A DNA stretch of 64,000 nucleotides from Spirochaetaceae bacterium (GTDB lineage: Bacteria; Spirochaetota; Spirochaetia; DSM-2461). Positions 1 to 9,821 of the stretch are shown here, piece by piece. A program made the position numbers and the translations under genes. The stretch spans positions 56,985 to 120,984 of the forward strand of contig JAOPTT010000007.1 in the NCBI GenBank assembly GCA_051531975.1, read 5' to 3'. The notes under the pieces are model-generated. The model had not been told where the DNA came from, made no database searches, and worked only from the letters and a program-made list of their open reading frames with translations. The stretch's first letter is position 1. Every line of letters starts with the position of its first letter.

Positions 1-1
1 A

Positions 2-1489
2 GTATCTAAACCTCCAAATAAAGGTGAAATTATAGAAGTATCTGGGCTTGGTGTTAGTACTCCTGAAACAGTTGTTGGAAACTCTCTTTATAGAGTTTCT
101 GTTCGTTCATGGATATATACTGCTCTAGAAGTTGGTGCTGTTAAAATCCCTTCAGTAAGAGTAGATATTAATGGATTAACAAGGTATACCGAACCACTAG
201 AATTAAAGGTTCTTCCTCTACCTGAAGTTAATGCAACTGGTGGAGTTGGACAATTTATAATACAGAGTGAAGTTGATAGCACCCAAGTAACTCCAGAAGA
301 TATATTTCATTATAAAGTTAGGATTTCTGGCCAAGGAAATCTTCCTTATATAAAATATCCAAATGTTGATTTTTCAGGAATAATACTAATTGATAAAACA
401 GAAACAAGCTCCATCGGTCATAGTGAAAACGGTTTTTTAGGCTGGAAAGAACTAGACTTTACCTTACAGGCACTAGAACCAGGAGTTAAAGAGATCAGAC
501 TATCAGAAGTTAGCTGGATTAATACAAATGGGTTTGAAATATTTTTTAATGGCTCGGTTTCAAATATCAATGTAGTATCAGTTAAAGTTGTCGAAGAGGA
601 TATTCTTCCTTTTCTTTCATTTATGACAACTCCAGAAATAATAAGTTCTTATACTGTGTTTTTATATAAAAAACCATTTATGTGGGGGCTACTTTTTTTA
701 AGTCCATTTTTACTTTTAATAATGAAGTTCTCCAAAACTATAAAGTTAAATAGGGAGAGGAAAACATTGTTAATTACTGCTGCTTTGATTCCATTTTTAC
801 TTCTCTCTTCAATATTTGCAAAAGGATTTGAGTATCAAGGAGATCTAGTTGTAGCCGAAAATTTCATCAATTCTGGGGAATATGAAAGAGCTCTAGAAGT
901 ATATAATAAATTGAGTGATAAGCTACCAAATAATTATGGTATATTTGTAAATAAGGCTATACTTTGTGATAGGCTTGGTGATATTGCCCATGCTGTTTAT
1001 AATATTAGAATTGCGGAAAGAATCGTTCCTGATAATAAAAAAGTACATCAGGTTAAACTTTATCTCTCTGATTCGGAAGAATTTAACCAGAAGCAGGCTA
1101 AAACATCAAATCCAATAAACCCTGATTATATATTTTTAATACTTATAACTTTTTTTAATATTCTTTTTATTGTAAGCATTCGTTTAATTAAAATAAAAAG
1201 CATAACAGCTTTTTCTATGTTTTTTACAATTATTTTATTTACATTATTAGCTACTATCTTTTTAATATATGTTGATATGCGTAATAGTATACAAGCTGGT
1301 GTTATTGATAATGGAGGAGCTTTATTAACCAAAGTTCCAAGTCAAAATGCATTGGACTGGATGACACTAGGAGAAGGACACTGTGTATATATTATTGGTG
1401 ATTGGGAAAGTAAATATTTAATAGAAACTGAATATGGCCTACAAGGCTGGGTTGAAAAAGACTCTCTGTTAGTTTTTGAAGAAAGGTAG
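2..1489 (+). CDS. BatD-like protein with C-terminal TPR, membrane and SH3-like (BatE-like) region; 5' end outside window
   Basis: Frame of ORF 623..1489 is open back to position 2 (…NATGGVGQF…ISGQGNL…, BatD-like beta repeats), then TM, TPR helices, TMs and a GLQGWVEK SH3-like end. Confidence 0.75.
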   Translation, partial: VSKPPNKGEIIEVSGLGVSTPETVVGNSLYRVSVRSWIYTALEVGAVKIPSVRVDINGLTRYTEPLELKVLPLPEVNATGGVGQFIIQSEVDSTQVTPEDIFHYKVRISGQGNLPYIKYPNVDFSGIILIDKTETSSIGHSENGFLGWKELDFTLQALEPGVKEIRLSEVSWINTNGFEIFFNGSVSNINVVSVKVVEEDILPFLSFMTTPEIISSYTVFLYKKPFMWGLLFLSPFLLLIMKFSKTIKLNRERKTLLITAALIPFLLLSSIFAKGFEYQGDLVVAENFINSGEYERALEVYNKLSDKLPNNYGIFVNKAILCDRLGDIAHAVYNIRIAERIVPDNKKVHQVKLYLSDSEEFNQKQAKTSNPINPDYIFLILITFFNILFIVSIRLIKIKSITAFSMFFTIILFTLLATIFLIYVDMRNSIQAGVIDNGGALLTKVPSQNALDWMTLGEGHCVYIIGDWESKYLIETEYGLQGWVEKDSLLVFEER

Positions 1490-1494
1490 CAGAT

Positions 1495-1968
1495 ATGGAC
1501 TTTGAAGATATCCTGAATCAGTGGGATAAAGATTTAAAAAGTAACCCAAAGAAAAAGAAAGTTAGCATAAAAAAAGAGAACAAAGTTGAAAAACCCCAGA
1601 TGTCATCTTTTTTAGACATGTATCCTCCAGATGAAAATTTAGCTGAAGGGGAACCATATAAACCGACGCAAAGACAAAAAAGACGTAATTATAGGCGAAT
1701 GAAACCTCAGGAAGTATTAGATCTACACGGTTTTAGACTCGTTTCAGCTATTGTTGAATTAGAAGATTTTTTATCTCGGTGCAGAAAGCGTAAACTTGAA
1801 AAAGTTTTGATAATTCATGGTAAAGGACTTCACTCTCCAGAGGGTGAGGCAGTATTAAGAAATGGTATTAGAGGTGAATTAAAATCATTAAATTACATAG
1901 GTGAAATTGGCCACCCTTCAGAAAAAGAGGGTGGTGCTGGTGCTACGTGGGCAATTATTAAGTATTAA
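1495..1968 (+). CDS. Smr (small MutS-related) domain protein
   Basis: LDLHG and IIHGKGLHS motifs, GGAGAT near the C-terminus. Confidence 0.9.
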   Translation: MDFEDILNQWDKDLKSNPKKKKVSIKKENKVEKPQMSSFLDMYPPDENLAEGEPYKPTQRQKRRNYRRMKPQEVLDLHGFRLVSAIVELEDFLSRCRKRKLEKVLIIHGKGLHSPEGEAVLRNGIRGELKSLNYIGEIGHPSEKEGGAGATWAIIKY

Positions 1969-2183
1969 CGCTCTCTGAAGATAATTCTTCCTCGAGTTAA
2001 GTCATATGGAGATAGGGCAACAGTTACCTTATCACCAGGAACTATTCTAATAAAATGCTTTCTCATTTTACCAGATAGGTGAGCCAAGATAATATGGCCA
2101 TTTTGTAATTCTACTCTAAACTGCGTATTAGGCAAGGCTTCTTTTACTATACCTTGTACTTCTATTGCTTCTTCTTTAGACAA
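1965..2183 (-). CDS. infA: translation initiation factor IF-1
   Basis: 72 aa, [11 protein letters not shown]…LSGKMR…[12 protein letters not shown] start with AGGAG upstream. Confidence 0.98.
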   Translation of the reverse strand: MSKEEAIEVQGIVKEALPNTQFRVELQNGHIILAHLSGKMRKHFIRIVPGDKVTVALSPYDLTRGRIIFRER

Positions 2184-2211
2184 AAAAGACTCCTGATTTA
2201 TGTTTTTTTAG

Positions 2212-2272
2212 AGTTTAGTAATAATAATCTTCTATGTCAACCACTTGACAATAATGCATATAATAGTATATT
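2212..2272. promoter_or_regulatory. back-to-back sigma70 promoters for infA and the dksA-like gene
   Basis: TGTCAA-ccac-TTGACA at 2235-2250; minus strand TTGACA-17-TAAACT, plus strand TTGACA-16-TATATT. Confidence 0.6.
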
Positions 2273-2311
2273 TATCTGTAATTTTATAAAAAAGATTAAA
2301 AAGGATAATTC

Positions 2312-2668
2312 ATGACTGAAACTTTTTTAGAGGAAATGAGAGTACAATTAGATAGTAAAAAGAAGGATGTTGTAGATCTTCTCGCTTCAGAATATAGTGC
2401 ATTTCAAGAAACCAATAACGCCTCAGGTAGAGATTTGGTAGATTTAGCTTCAAACGATTTTGAAAAACAAATATTAGATGTATCTAGTGCTTTGGAAGTA
2501 AAAACTTTAAATAAAATTAATGCCGCAATAAATAGAATGCAAAACGGTCACTATGGTGTTTGTGCCCAATGTAGTGAACATATTAACCAAGATCGTCTAA
2601 AAGCTATGCCTTACGCTGTTTTATGTGTTAAATGTAAGACAAAACGTGAACGATTCCCAAATAATTAA
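2312..2668 (+). CDS. TraR/DksA family C4 zinc-finger protein
   Basis: DLVDLAS coiled-coil tip, YGVCAQC…RLKAMPYAVLCVKC. Confidence 0.9.
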   Translation: MTETFLEEMRVQLDSKKKDVVDLLASEYSAFQETNNASGRDLVDLASNDFEKQILDVSSALEVKTLNKINAAINRMQNGHYGVCAQCSEHINQDRLKAMPYAVLCVKCKTKRERFPNN

Positions 2669-2723
2669 AAAAAGCTAATACTCTTTTTTTTTCCTCCGAT
2701 ACTTTAAGTATCAGGGGGAGAAT

Positions 2724-3095
2724 GTGATAAATTCAGTATCAGGGCAACTTGGATCTATAAACAGTTATTACAATACAGGAAATCAGAATCCAGCTAAGAT
2801 TGAAGTCCCGGTACCATCAAATGTATCTATTTATGCACAATTTAAACATGTGCGTGGTGTTCCTGCTTCTGCAAATCAAGAACCTGTTTCACTTTCTAAA
2901 GCACAAATTATTAATAATATGGTCTCTTTTTTAAATAATTCCTCTGATGAGATACAACTCAATAACAGTGAGGAATTTGTAATTGAGGAACTTGAACAAG
3001 AAGTTCACCGAGTTGTAAACGATAAACCTATAAACTTTAATTCCCTGCCTGGAAAAAGTGCTGAGACAGGTATTATTTTTAATCTAACAGCTTAA
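2724..3095 (+). CDS. hypothetical protein, possibly flagellar-regulon
   Basis: GTG start with GGGGGAG RBS; sigma28-like promoter upstream. Confidence 0.7.
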   Translation: MINSVSGQLGSINSYYNTGNQNPAKIEVPVPSNVSIYAQFKHVRGVPASANQEPVSLSKAQIINNMVSFLNNSSDEIQLNNSEEFVIEELEQEVHRVVNDKPINFNSLPGKSAETGIIFNLTA

Positions 3096-3724
3096 CTTTT
3101 TTCTGCACCTATAGTCGTAATTTCCCCATGTCCAGGATAAGCGACAGTATTATTTGGTAATTTAAACAAGCTTTTTAAACTTTTTATTAAAGTATTATAA
3201 TCTCCTCCAGTAAAATCCGTTCTACCTAAACCACCATTAAAAAGAGTATCACCTGTAAAAATAACTCCATTTTTTTTAGAATAAAAACATGAACTACCTG
3301 GAGAATGTCCTGGAGTGTGTATTACTAGCAATTCAAAATCAGACAAAATATCATTGTTATCAAATAAGAAATCGGGCTCACCACATTCTGTGTAATAGTT
3401 ATTAAAATAATAATCTGCATTTGGACCCATGGATGAGAACATCAACTTATGTCTATTTCCGCCCTCCTTGCCTAAATAAGTACCATCAGCATGATGAATG
3501 TACACTGGTATAGAATATTTACCTTTTAGTTGTTCAACAGCCCCTATGTGGTCAAAATGGCCATGGGTTAGTATTATTGCTTTTGGTGTCTGTCTATTAG
3601 ATTCAATTTTTTTTATTATCTTTGAAGCGTCGGCTCCTGGATCAATAATCACAACTTTATCTTCTTTAAAGTTGTATAGGTATGTGTTTACACCTAATTC
3701 TCCTGTTATTATTATATCTATCAT
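3092..3724 (-). CDS. MBL-fold metallo-hydrolase (glyoxalase II-like)
   Basis: THGHFDH, HTPGHSPG, TGD and PGHG motifs. Confidence 0.93.
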   Translation of the reverse strand: MIDIIITGELGVNTYLYNFKEDKVVIIDPGADASKIIKKIESNRQTPKAIILTHGHFDHIGAVEQLKGKYSIPVYIHHADGTYLGKEGGNRHKLMFSSMGPNADYYFNNYYTECGEPDFLFDNNDILSDFELLVIHTPGHSPGSSCFYSKKNGVIFTGDTLFNGGLGRTDFTGGDYNTLIKSLKSLFKLPNNTVAYPGHGEITTIGAEKS

Positions 3725-3767
3725 AGTATTATGATAACAATAATTATTTATACTTCAAAGGTGTTTT

Positions 3768-4646
3768 ATGACTTTTATTGCATTAGGTTTGTTTACATAT
3801 ATGGCTTTTTTTATACTAATCCCAGGAATTGGTGCTGTAACATTACGTAGAAAATGGGCAAAATTTAGAGAATCTGTTTATATCAGCTCTGAAGCTCCAA
3901 AGTTAGAATATAACAACCTAGTTATTGGTGAATTATTTACTTTTTATGGAAGTTTAGAATCTTTTAAAAGCGATGATATCCTATGGTTAAAATCTGAGAA
4001 CCTCTCTATTTGTATAGATTTAAGTGACCAAGAGGTATATACAATACCAAATGGTAAAACAGAGATTGATAAATCTAGCTGGAGTAGTGTCTCATCTATA
4101 ATCGAAGGTACACAATTTTATGTATCTGGATATTTAGCATATAACAAAGGTGTTCCTTATCTCGTTGGAGATGAAAATAGTAAGCTACTGGTTGTAATAT
4201 GCGACAATGAAGAGAAGATTTTAGAAAAACTCCTTGAAAGGGGGCGTAATAAAAATGAAATGTGGAATAGCTATTCTCCTTACTCATATATAACAGGAAT
4301 CTTTGTTTTAATTATCTTAAGCTATTTCTCTTATAGAACTAATTCCGATAAGCTGGAATCATATTTTCTACTACTAGCGGCAGGTACACCATTTTACTTT
4401 ATATTACCCCCAGGTCTCTTTTTTTACCTGAATTATAGACGTTTATGGGATTTATCAGTTCGATGGTCAATTTTAAGAGATCTAAAAAGATTGAAAGATC
4501 CTAATATTATATCTAATAATTTTAAGAAAATATCTAAAAGCAGAGAAAGACTATCTCTGCTTAATTACCTTTTAGGTTACCTTCTAAATATAATTATAGC
4601 TGGTATTATTCTTTATAAAATGTTTGAATATATTATTGCTAATTAG
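3768..4646 (+). CDS. hypothetical membrane protein
   Basis: 292 aa ORF with an N-terminal TM and three C-terminal hydrophobic segments. Confidence 0.7.
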   Translation: MTFIALGLFTYMAFFILIPGIGAVTLRRKWAKFRESVYISSEAPKLEYNNLVIGELFTFYGSLESFKSDDILWLKSENLSICIDLSDQEVYTIPNGKTEIDKSSWSSVSSIIEGTQFYVSGYLAYNKGVPYLVGDENSKLLVVICDNEEKILEKLLERGRNKNEMWNSYSPYSYITGIFVLIILSYFSYRTNSDKLESYFLLLAAGTPFYFILPPGLFFYLNYRRLWDLSVRWSILRDLKRLKDPNIISNNFKKISKSRERLSLLNYLLGYLLNIIIAGIILYKMFEYIIAN

Positions 4647-5110
4647 ATATCTTTTTTAGCATAGTTTACAGTAAGTTTTCTTCCTCTGTACTCAGTACTA
4701 TCTAAAGAACTTACTACTTTCTCGGCATAATCCCCAGCAACATTTACAAATGAGTAATTATCCAAAATTTTAATATTACCGATATTTTCTTTTTCTATTT
4801 CGGCAGTTTTTGATACTAATTGAATTAAATCAGAAGGATAAACTCGTCTGTTTTTACCAATGTTAATAAATAGAGATTTTTCACCCTCTTTTTTGACGCT
4901 TCTTTTTCTCGGCTTGTTATTTAAATATTCTTTTAATAAAAATGCAGTTAAATAAGACCTCAAGTGTAATGGTACATTCTTTTTTACTATTTTTTTGTAT
5001 GATACAATTGTATCTAAATCTAAACTACTCTTGATTGATTCTATAATAGCTTTGATAGATGGTCCTAGGTTCTCGTTTAATGTTGAGAACTCCTGATTCT
5101 TTTTACTCAT
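4643..5110 (-). CDS. DbpA RNA-binding domain protein (no helicase core)
   Basis: LFINIGKNRRVYP…IGNIKILDNYSFV…YRGRKLTVNYA. Confidence 0.88.
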   Translation of the reverse strand: MSKKNQEFSTLNENLGPSIKAIIESIKSSLDLDTIVSYKKIVKKNVPLHLRSYLTAFLLKEYLNNKPRKRSVKKEGEKSLFINIGKNRRVYPSDLIQLVSKTAEIEKENIGNIKILDNYSFVNVAGDYAEKVVSSLDSTEYRGRKLTVNYAKKDI

Positions 5111-5240
5111 CTTATCTCCTTAATAAATGAAAAAGTTGGTGTTTTTGTAAGCATTATGATAGTCTATAATATAGATAGTGGAAAGTAGTTAGTGTTAATT
5201 AGCTAAAAAGCTTTTTGTTTTAAACTTAGGAAGTGTAAAA

Positions 5241-6368
5241 ATGAAAGATTATGATAAAATTGTAAAAGTTAAAAAAGAGATAAAAGTAATAAATATTGAG
5301 CTAAATGAGCTGTCTGCTCAACTAGGAGGAGTGTTTTATGATACCGATCCGGTCTTAGATGATTCGAATTTAATTATTGAAATTGATGAACTAGAGATAA
5401 TAATTCCACAGATTAAGAAAAAAATGGAAACTCTTCAGGGGTATAATCTCACAATTGCCGAATCTAAAGAGAATATTGATGTTTGTTCTGATAAAATTAA
5501 AGAGCTAGAAACTCACATGAATTCACTTTTTGAGAAAGTAGGTGTCGAATTGTACTGCTTTATAGGTGATAAGGAACTAGCATATTCTGGAATTAAGAAG
5601 ATCTATACAGAATTAAAAGAAGCTGAAGAAAAATCTGAAAAATTAGAAAACACACTCTTTTCACTTGAAAAAAGTGTAACTAAAAAAAGTCTTGTAGAGA
5701 GGATCTCAAGACCTATTAAAATAAGAAGAATAAAAAAAGATATAGAACAGAGAAATAGAGAGAGTTTATACTCATTCAAAGAATTAGGTCGATCTTATTC
5801 TCAGATACCACAACTTATAGATGAAGAGACTAATGAATCTCTTTTAGATGTTCTAGAAGAATATAAAACCATTGATAGTAACCTTCGACATCAAAAGGAA
5901 AAACAACACTCTCTGAAAGTTAGAATTGAAGAGAATGAAATGAAGATTAAAGAGGGTAGTGAAGGATTAAAACTTAAAATTCTATATTCAAAATTGGAAC
6001 AAGATATTGTTGAACATCAAAACAGTATTGCAGATAAGCTTGTAGAGTTAGGTTACTTTATAGCTGGGAAAAAAGATTTTTTAAGTGAAAACTCTGAGGT
6101 GTCTACTAAATTAGAGATTTACAACCAGAAAAAAACTGAATTAGAAAGAAAAGATGAAGAACTTGTTTATTTTGAGAAAAAAGTGAAGTTAACAAAAATG
6201 GATAAGGAGATTTCAGAGCGAAAAGTAAGTATTTCTAGAGAACTAGAACATATTGCTATTTGCCAAGAAAAGCTAAGTACCCATGAAGCAGGACTTGAAT
6301 CGCTAAAAGAAGAATCTAATAACTTAAAGTCTTGGTTAGAATCTAACTCTTTTGAGAATGAACTTTAA
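5241..6368 (+). CDS. hypothetical coiled-coil protein
   Basis: 375 aa, E/K/L-rich heptad pattern. Confidence 0.7.
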   Translation: MKDYDKIVKVKKEIKVINIELNELSAQLGGVFYDTDPVLDDSNLIIEIDELEIIIPQIKKKMETLQGYNLTIAESKENIDVCSDKIKELETHMNSLFEKVGVELYCFIGDKELAYSGIKKIYTELKEAEEKSEKLENTLFSLEKSVTKKSLVERISRPIKIRRIKKDIEQRNRESLYSFKELGRSYSQIPQLIDEETNESLLDVLEEYKTIDSNLRHQKEKQHSLKVRIEENEMKIKEGSEGLKLKILYSKLEQDIVEHQNSIADKLVELGYFIAGKKDFLSENSEVSTKLEIYNQKKTELERKDEELVYFEKKVKLTKMDKEISERKVSISRELEHIAICQEKLSTHEAGLESLKEESNNLKSWLESNSFENEL

Positions 6369-7014
6369 AATCTAGGAAAGTTAAATAGATAGCAGATGGT
6401 ACTAATATCGATGTTGTAATAAATGACCAAGAAATAGCACTGGTTGTAACCTCATTAATTATTATTAAAAAAACATTAGTAATAATTAATGTAGTAGCTG
6501 CTCTTAATAACTTTCTCTTTATAATTTTGTATAAGTAGTGTGTTGATAATGAAATTAGTTGCAGAGATATAAAACTCGGGAATCCATAACTAAGAAACCA
6601 ATTATTACTTGTTGTTAACAGATCAAGTCCATAAAGAAACAGTGCAATCAAGAAATTAGCAGAAGTATACAGAAGGATTGGGTTTCTTTTAAAGTTTAGA
6701 GTCGAAGATAAAATCAGATACAAAAATATTAAAGTCATAGTTGAGAATAGAGACCAAGTTAAATTAGCATTAGAATAATAGTCAATTCCTGTTGTTAAAA
6801 GTGTTAACAAAAATGTTAAAAACCCTGCAAAATGTATTGTTATCCAATCTTTCCGATTTTTAGGGTTTTTAATAAAACCAATTTTATGGACATCTTTAGG
6901 ATAAAGAGGATATACCTCTTCTCTTACTGAGTTATATTCAAGCTCTATATCACATAGTGGACAGTCAGTATATCTATGGTTTAATTTTACACCGCAATGA
7001 ATACAGAAAGGCAT
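6343..7014 (-). CDS. zinc-ribbon membrane protein (DUF6320-like)
   Basis: CIHCG…CPLC followed by about six TM helices; directly downstream of the acyltransferase-like gene. Confidence 0.7.
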   Translation of the reverse strand: MPFCIHCGVKLNHRYTDCPLCDIELEYNSVREEVYPLYPKDVHKIGFIKNPKNRKDWITIHFAGFLTFLLTLLTTGIDYYSNANLTWSLFSTMTLIFLYLILSSTLNFKRNPILLYTSANFLIALFLYGLDLLTTSNNWFLSYGFPSFISLQLISLSTHYLYKIIKRKLLRAATTLIITNVFLIIINEVTTSAISWSFITTSILVPSAIYLTFLDFKVHSQKS

Positions 7015-7016
7015 AA

Positions 7017-8273
7017 TTATCTCCTATTACTCTCAATTTCTACTGGAATTCCATCTTTAACCAGTCTACTAAAAAACAATTGTTCTAGCTTTGTCTCTTT
7101 TACTGTGCTCCCAAAACTTATTGTTAGTGTGTCGTTACATGTAACAACTCCTAGTTTTATTTTACACAGTGAAGATGGTGGAGGAATAAATTCCACCCTT
7201 TTTATATTCTCTTTTATAGATTTATCAAAATCGATAATTCCCATATTTGATATACTTGTAGAGTATTTACCTTCACCCATTTTTGTATAAAGTGAAATTA
7301 AAATAAGATTTTTAATTGGTAATGGAATTAGTTTATTATCAATCTGTCCTCTAATATTTCTAGATATTTGCCTAGAAATATATTTATCATTTACTTCTAC
7401 TTGCATAAAGTGATGAATGATTTTTAATATTTCCTGGAATGAGAACTCTCCTAACTCTGGGTCAAAACTAGGTTCAACACTTAAAAAGAAATTCCTTAGT
7501 GATTTTGACGGAAATATTTTTCTAAGATTTATTGGAACCATTAATCTAAAGGGTTTTGATTTTCTTCTTCTTTTTTTCTCAGGCATCGCAAGATATACTT
7601 CTTGGAGTGCCCAACCCAAAACAGATAATAGATACTCTGTTATTGTTACCCCATAAAATTTTGAAACTTCTTTAACGTTAGCTGCTGGTGTAAAGCCTGA
7701 TATAATATTATATGCATCTTTTAAATCATGTTTCCATGGCACATGAAATGCTTTATCACTTTTTCTTGGAGGTGGTATTTGGGGCTTAAAGTACTTTTTA
7801 AAAGAGTCTTCAAGTTCCTCTTCAATTATTGATTCAGATCTCTCTTTTAAGTCGATTTTGTGACCTATTTCAATAAAATAACAGTGAATTAAGTACTGCA
7901 AAAAAGTAAAAGCACCTGTTCCATCGGTAACTGCATGGCTAATCTCCAGAGATATCCTATTATGGAAAGCCTTAATTTGAAGGGGATGCACACCTCTTCT
8001 TTTTAATGGTATTTTTCTACAAGGATATAGACTATCTCTTGTCACTAATAATCTTTTTTTATTCTCTTCAAAGTAGAACCAAAAAAAACCTCGACGGCAG
8101 TGAACATTAAATTGTGGGTAGTCTTGTAATGTTCTATCTAAAGCTAATTGTAATTTTTCAATTTTTATCGGGTGGTCTGTGGTTACTGCTAATCTAAATA
8201 CAGTTGTAACTCTATCTGTTGCTATCGAAGGATAAAATATACCTGCATTATCTATAGGGAACCATCTTTTCAT
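7017..8273 (-). CDS. alcohol acetyltransferase / condensation-fold acyltransferase
   Basis: HAVTDG (HxxxDG) motif; PINLR…SLRNF; ISNMG. Confidence 0.78.
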   Translation of the reverse strand: MKRWFPIDNAGIFYPSIATDRVTTVFRLAVTTDHPIKIEKLQLALDRTLQDYPQFNVHCRRGFFWFYFEENKKRLLVTRDSLYPCRKIPLKRRGVHPLQIKAFHNRISLEISHAVTDGTGAFTFLQYLIHCYFIEIGHKIDLKERSESIIEEELEDSFKKYFKPQIPPPRKSDKAFHVPWKHDLKDAYNIISGFTPAANVKEVSKFYGVTITEYLLSVLGWALQEVYLAMPEKKRRRKSKPFRLMVPINLRKIFPSKSLRNFFLSVEPSFDPELGEFSFQEILKIIHHFMQVEVNDKYISRQISRNIRGQIDNKLIPLPIKNLILISLYTKMGEGKYSTSISNMGIIDFDKSIKENIKRVEFIPPPSSLCKIKLGVVTCNDTLTISFGSTVKETKLEQLFFSRLVKDGIPVEIESNRR

Positions 8274-8336
8274 AATATAATTATAGTTAATAAATCAACT
8301 CTTGAATACAATTATTAACTAATGTAAAATCTCACC

Positions 8337-9014
8337 ATGATTTCTACTATATTACTCTCAGGTGGAGTTGGCTCAAGATCAGGTAAAAACTTACCTAAAC
8401 AGTATTCTGAGATATTTGGTAAAATGATAATTTCATATTGCCTCAACTCTATATGTGAAGCAGAAGTAACCGATGAGTTAATTATTGTTTATGGTGAGGG
8501 GTTCTTAGAGCTTTTACAACAAATTATGCTTGAATATCAAGATCAATTTGGTTCTATAAAATATGTATTAGGTGGTAATTCTAGGCAAGACTCAGTTCTA
8601 AATGGATTAAGAGTATGTTCCCACGATAAAGTACTTCTCCATGAATCTGCAAGACCTTTAGTTACATCAGAAAATATAAAGAGTATTATTTTACATCCGT
8701 CTGAAAATGTTACAATGGGAATGGATATTCCTTTTACTATTCTTAGACAGATGAATGGGTATATTAAAGAAGTCTTAAAAAGAGACGAGTTATTTAATGT
8801 TCAGCTACCTCAAAAATTTAACAAAACTAAACTTTTACAAGCTCATATAAGTGCAGAAAAGGAACATAGAGTATTTACTGACGACTCTTCCTTACTATTT
8901 CATTATGGTACTGATGTTTGTGTCTTAAAAGGATCCAGTGAGAATATAAAAATTACAACACCTGGAGATTTTGTTGTTGCTGAAGAGATATTAAATAGTC
9001 GGAAAAATAGGTAG
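8337..9014 (+). CDS. IspD/TarI family cytidylyltransferase
   Basis: GGVGSR…PKQY, HESARP, QLPQKF, TDD, NIKITT. Confidence 0.88.
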   Translation: MISTILLSGGVGSRSGKNLPKQYSEIFGKMIISYCLNSICEAEVTDELIIVYGEGFLELLQQIMLEYQDQFGSIKYVLGGNSRQDSVLNGLRVCSHDKVLLHESARPLVTSENIKSIILHPSENVTMGMDIPFTILRQMNGYIKEVLKRDELFNVQLPQKFNKTKLLQAHISAEKEHRVFTDDSSLLFHYGTDVCVLKGSSENIKITTPGDFVVAEEILNSRKNR

Positions 9015-9023
9015 GAGTTTATT

Positions 9024-9821
9024 TTGAAGTTAAAGATATTAGATAGTGTTAATGATCTTTTAGAAAAGGTTAAGGTAGAAACAGGTAAAGAAGTTCTAAT
9101 TTTTGAAAATAACCAGGTATCTAGTATGGTCGAGGCAAAGACCGCTCGAGAATCTGACAAAAATCATTTTATTGCTTATTCTCCAGATTATACTCCTGAG
9201 ATAAATCATTTAATAGCAGCTAAAGCCCTGCAATTTTTACGTATATATAAAGAGAGTCCAGAAAATAGAAAGATCGCTGTTGCCTACCAAGAGCACTTAA
9301 ACAATGCTAGAATGAGCATAGCCTTAGAATCTAAGGATAAACCCCATTTAGAGGTTGTTTTAAACGATGCACAGCTAACATCTACCTGGGTTTTAAGTCT
9401 AATAAACCAGTTAATAAGTCAGCCTGTAAGTATTAATATTGAAAGATATATCTATAATAATTTCCCTGAACTTAGAGAATTCCAAAAAAATGTAGTTTCT
9501 GCACAGTTTAAGGATTTTAATCTTACGCTGTCTCCAGAAGTTGAAAGATTAAGTCCAAATGTAATATATAACAGTTCTGCTATAATGAACTATGTATATT
9601 TAAATAGTATTGATGACATTGCAGGGACAACTTTTATCCAGGAATTAAATTATATTGTTAAAAAAAGAAAGTGTGAAAAGCTTTATGAATATACTAAAGA
9701 TAACCTAAAAGATTCAATTGTTTCTGATAATTCTATGATCGATTATTGGGCTGACTTTTTTAAGATTTCTGAATGGTATACATGGACCAGTTTTGAGTCC
9801 GTTGGAGAAACTAATGCGTAA
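9024..9821 (+). CDS. hypothetical protein
   Basis: TTG start with AGGAG RBS; lies between the IspD-like and MMPL genes in one apparent operon. Confidence 0.75.
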   Translation: MKLKILDSVNDLLEKVKVETGKEVLIFENNQVSSMVEAKTARESDKNHFIAYSPDYTPEINHLIAAKALQFLRIYKESPENRKIAVAYQEHLNNARMSIALESKDKPHLEVVLNDAQLTSTWVLSLINQLISQPVSINIERYIYNNFPELREFQKNVVSAQFKDFNLTLSPEVERLSPNVIYNSSAIMNYVYLNSIDDIAGTTFIQELNYIVKKRKCEKLYEYTKDNLKDSIVSDNSMIDYWADFFKISEWYTWTSFESVGETNA

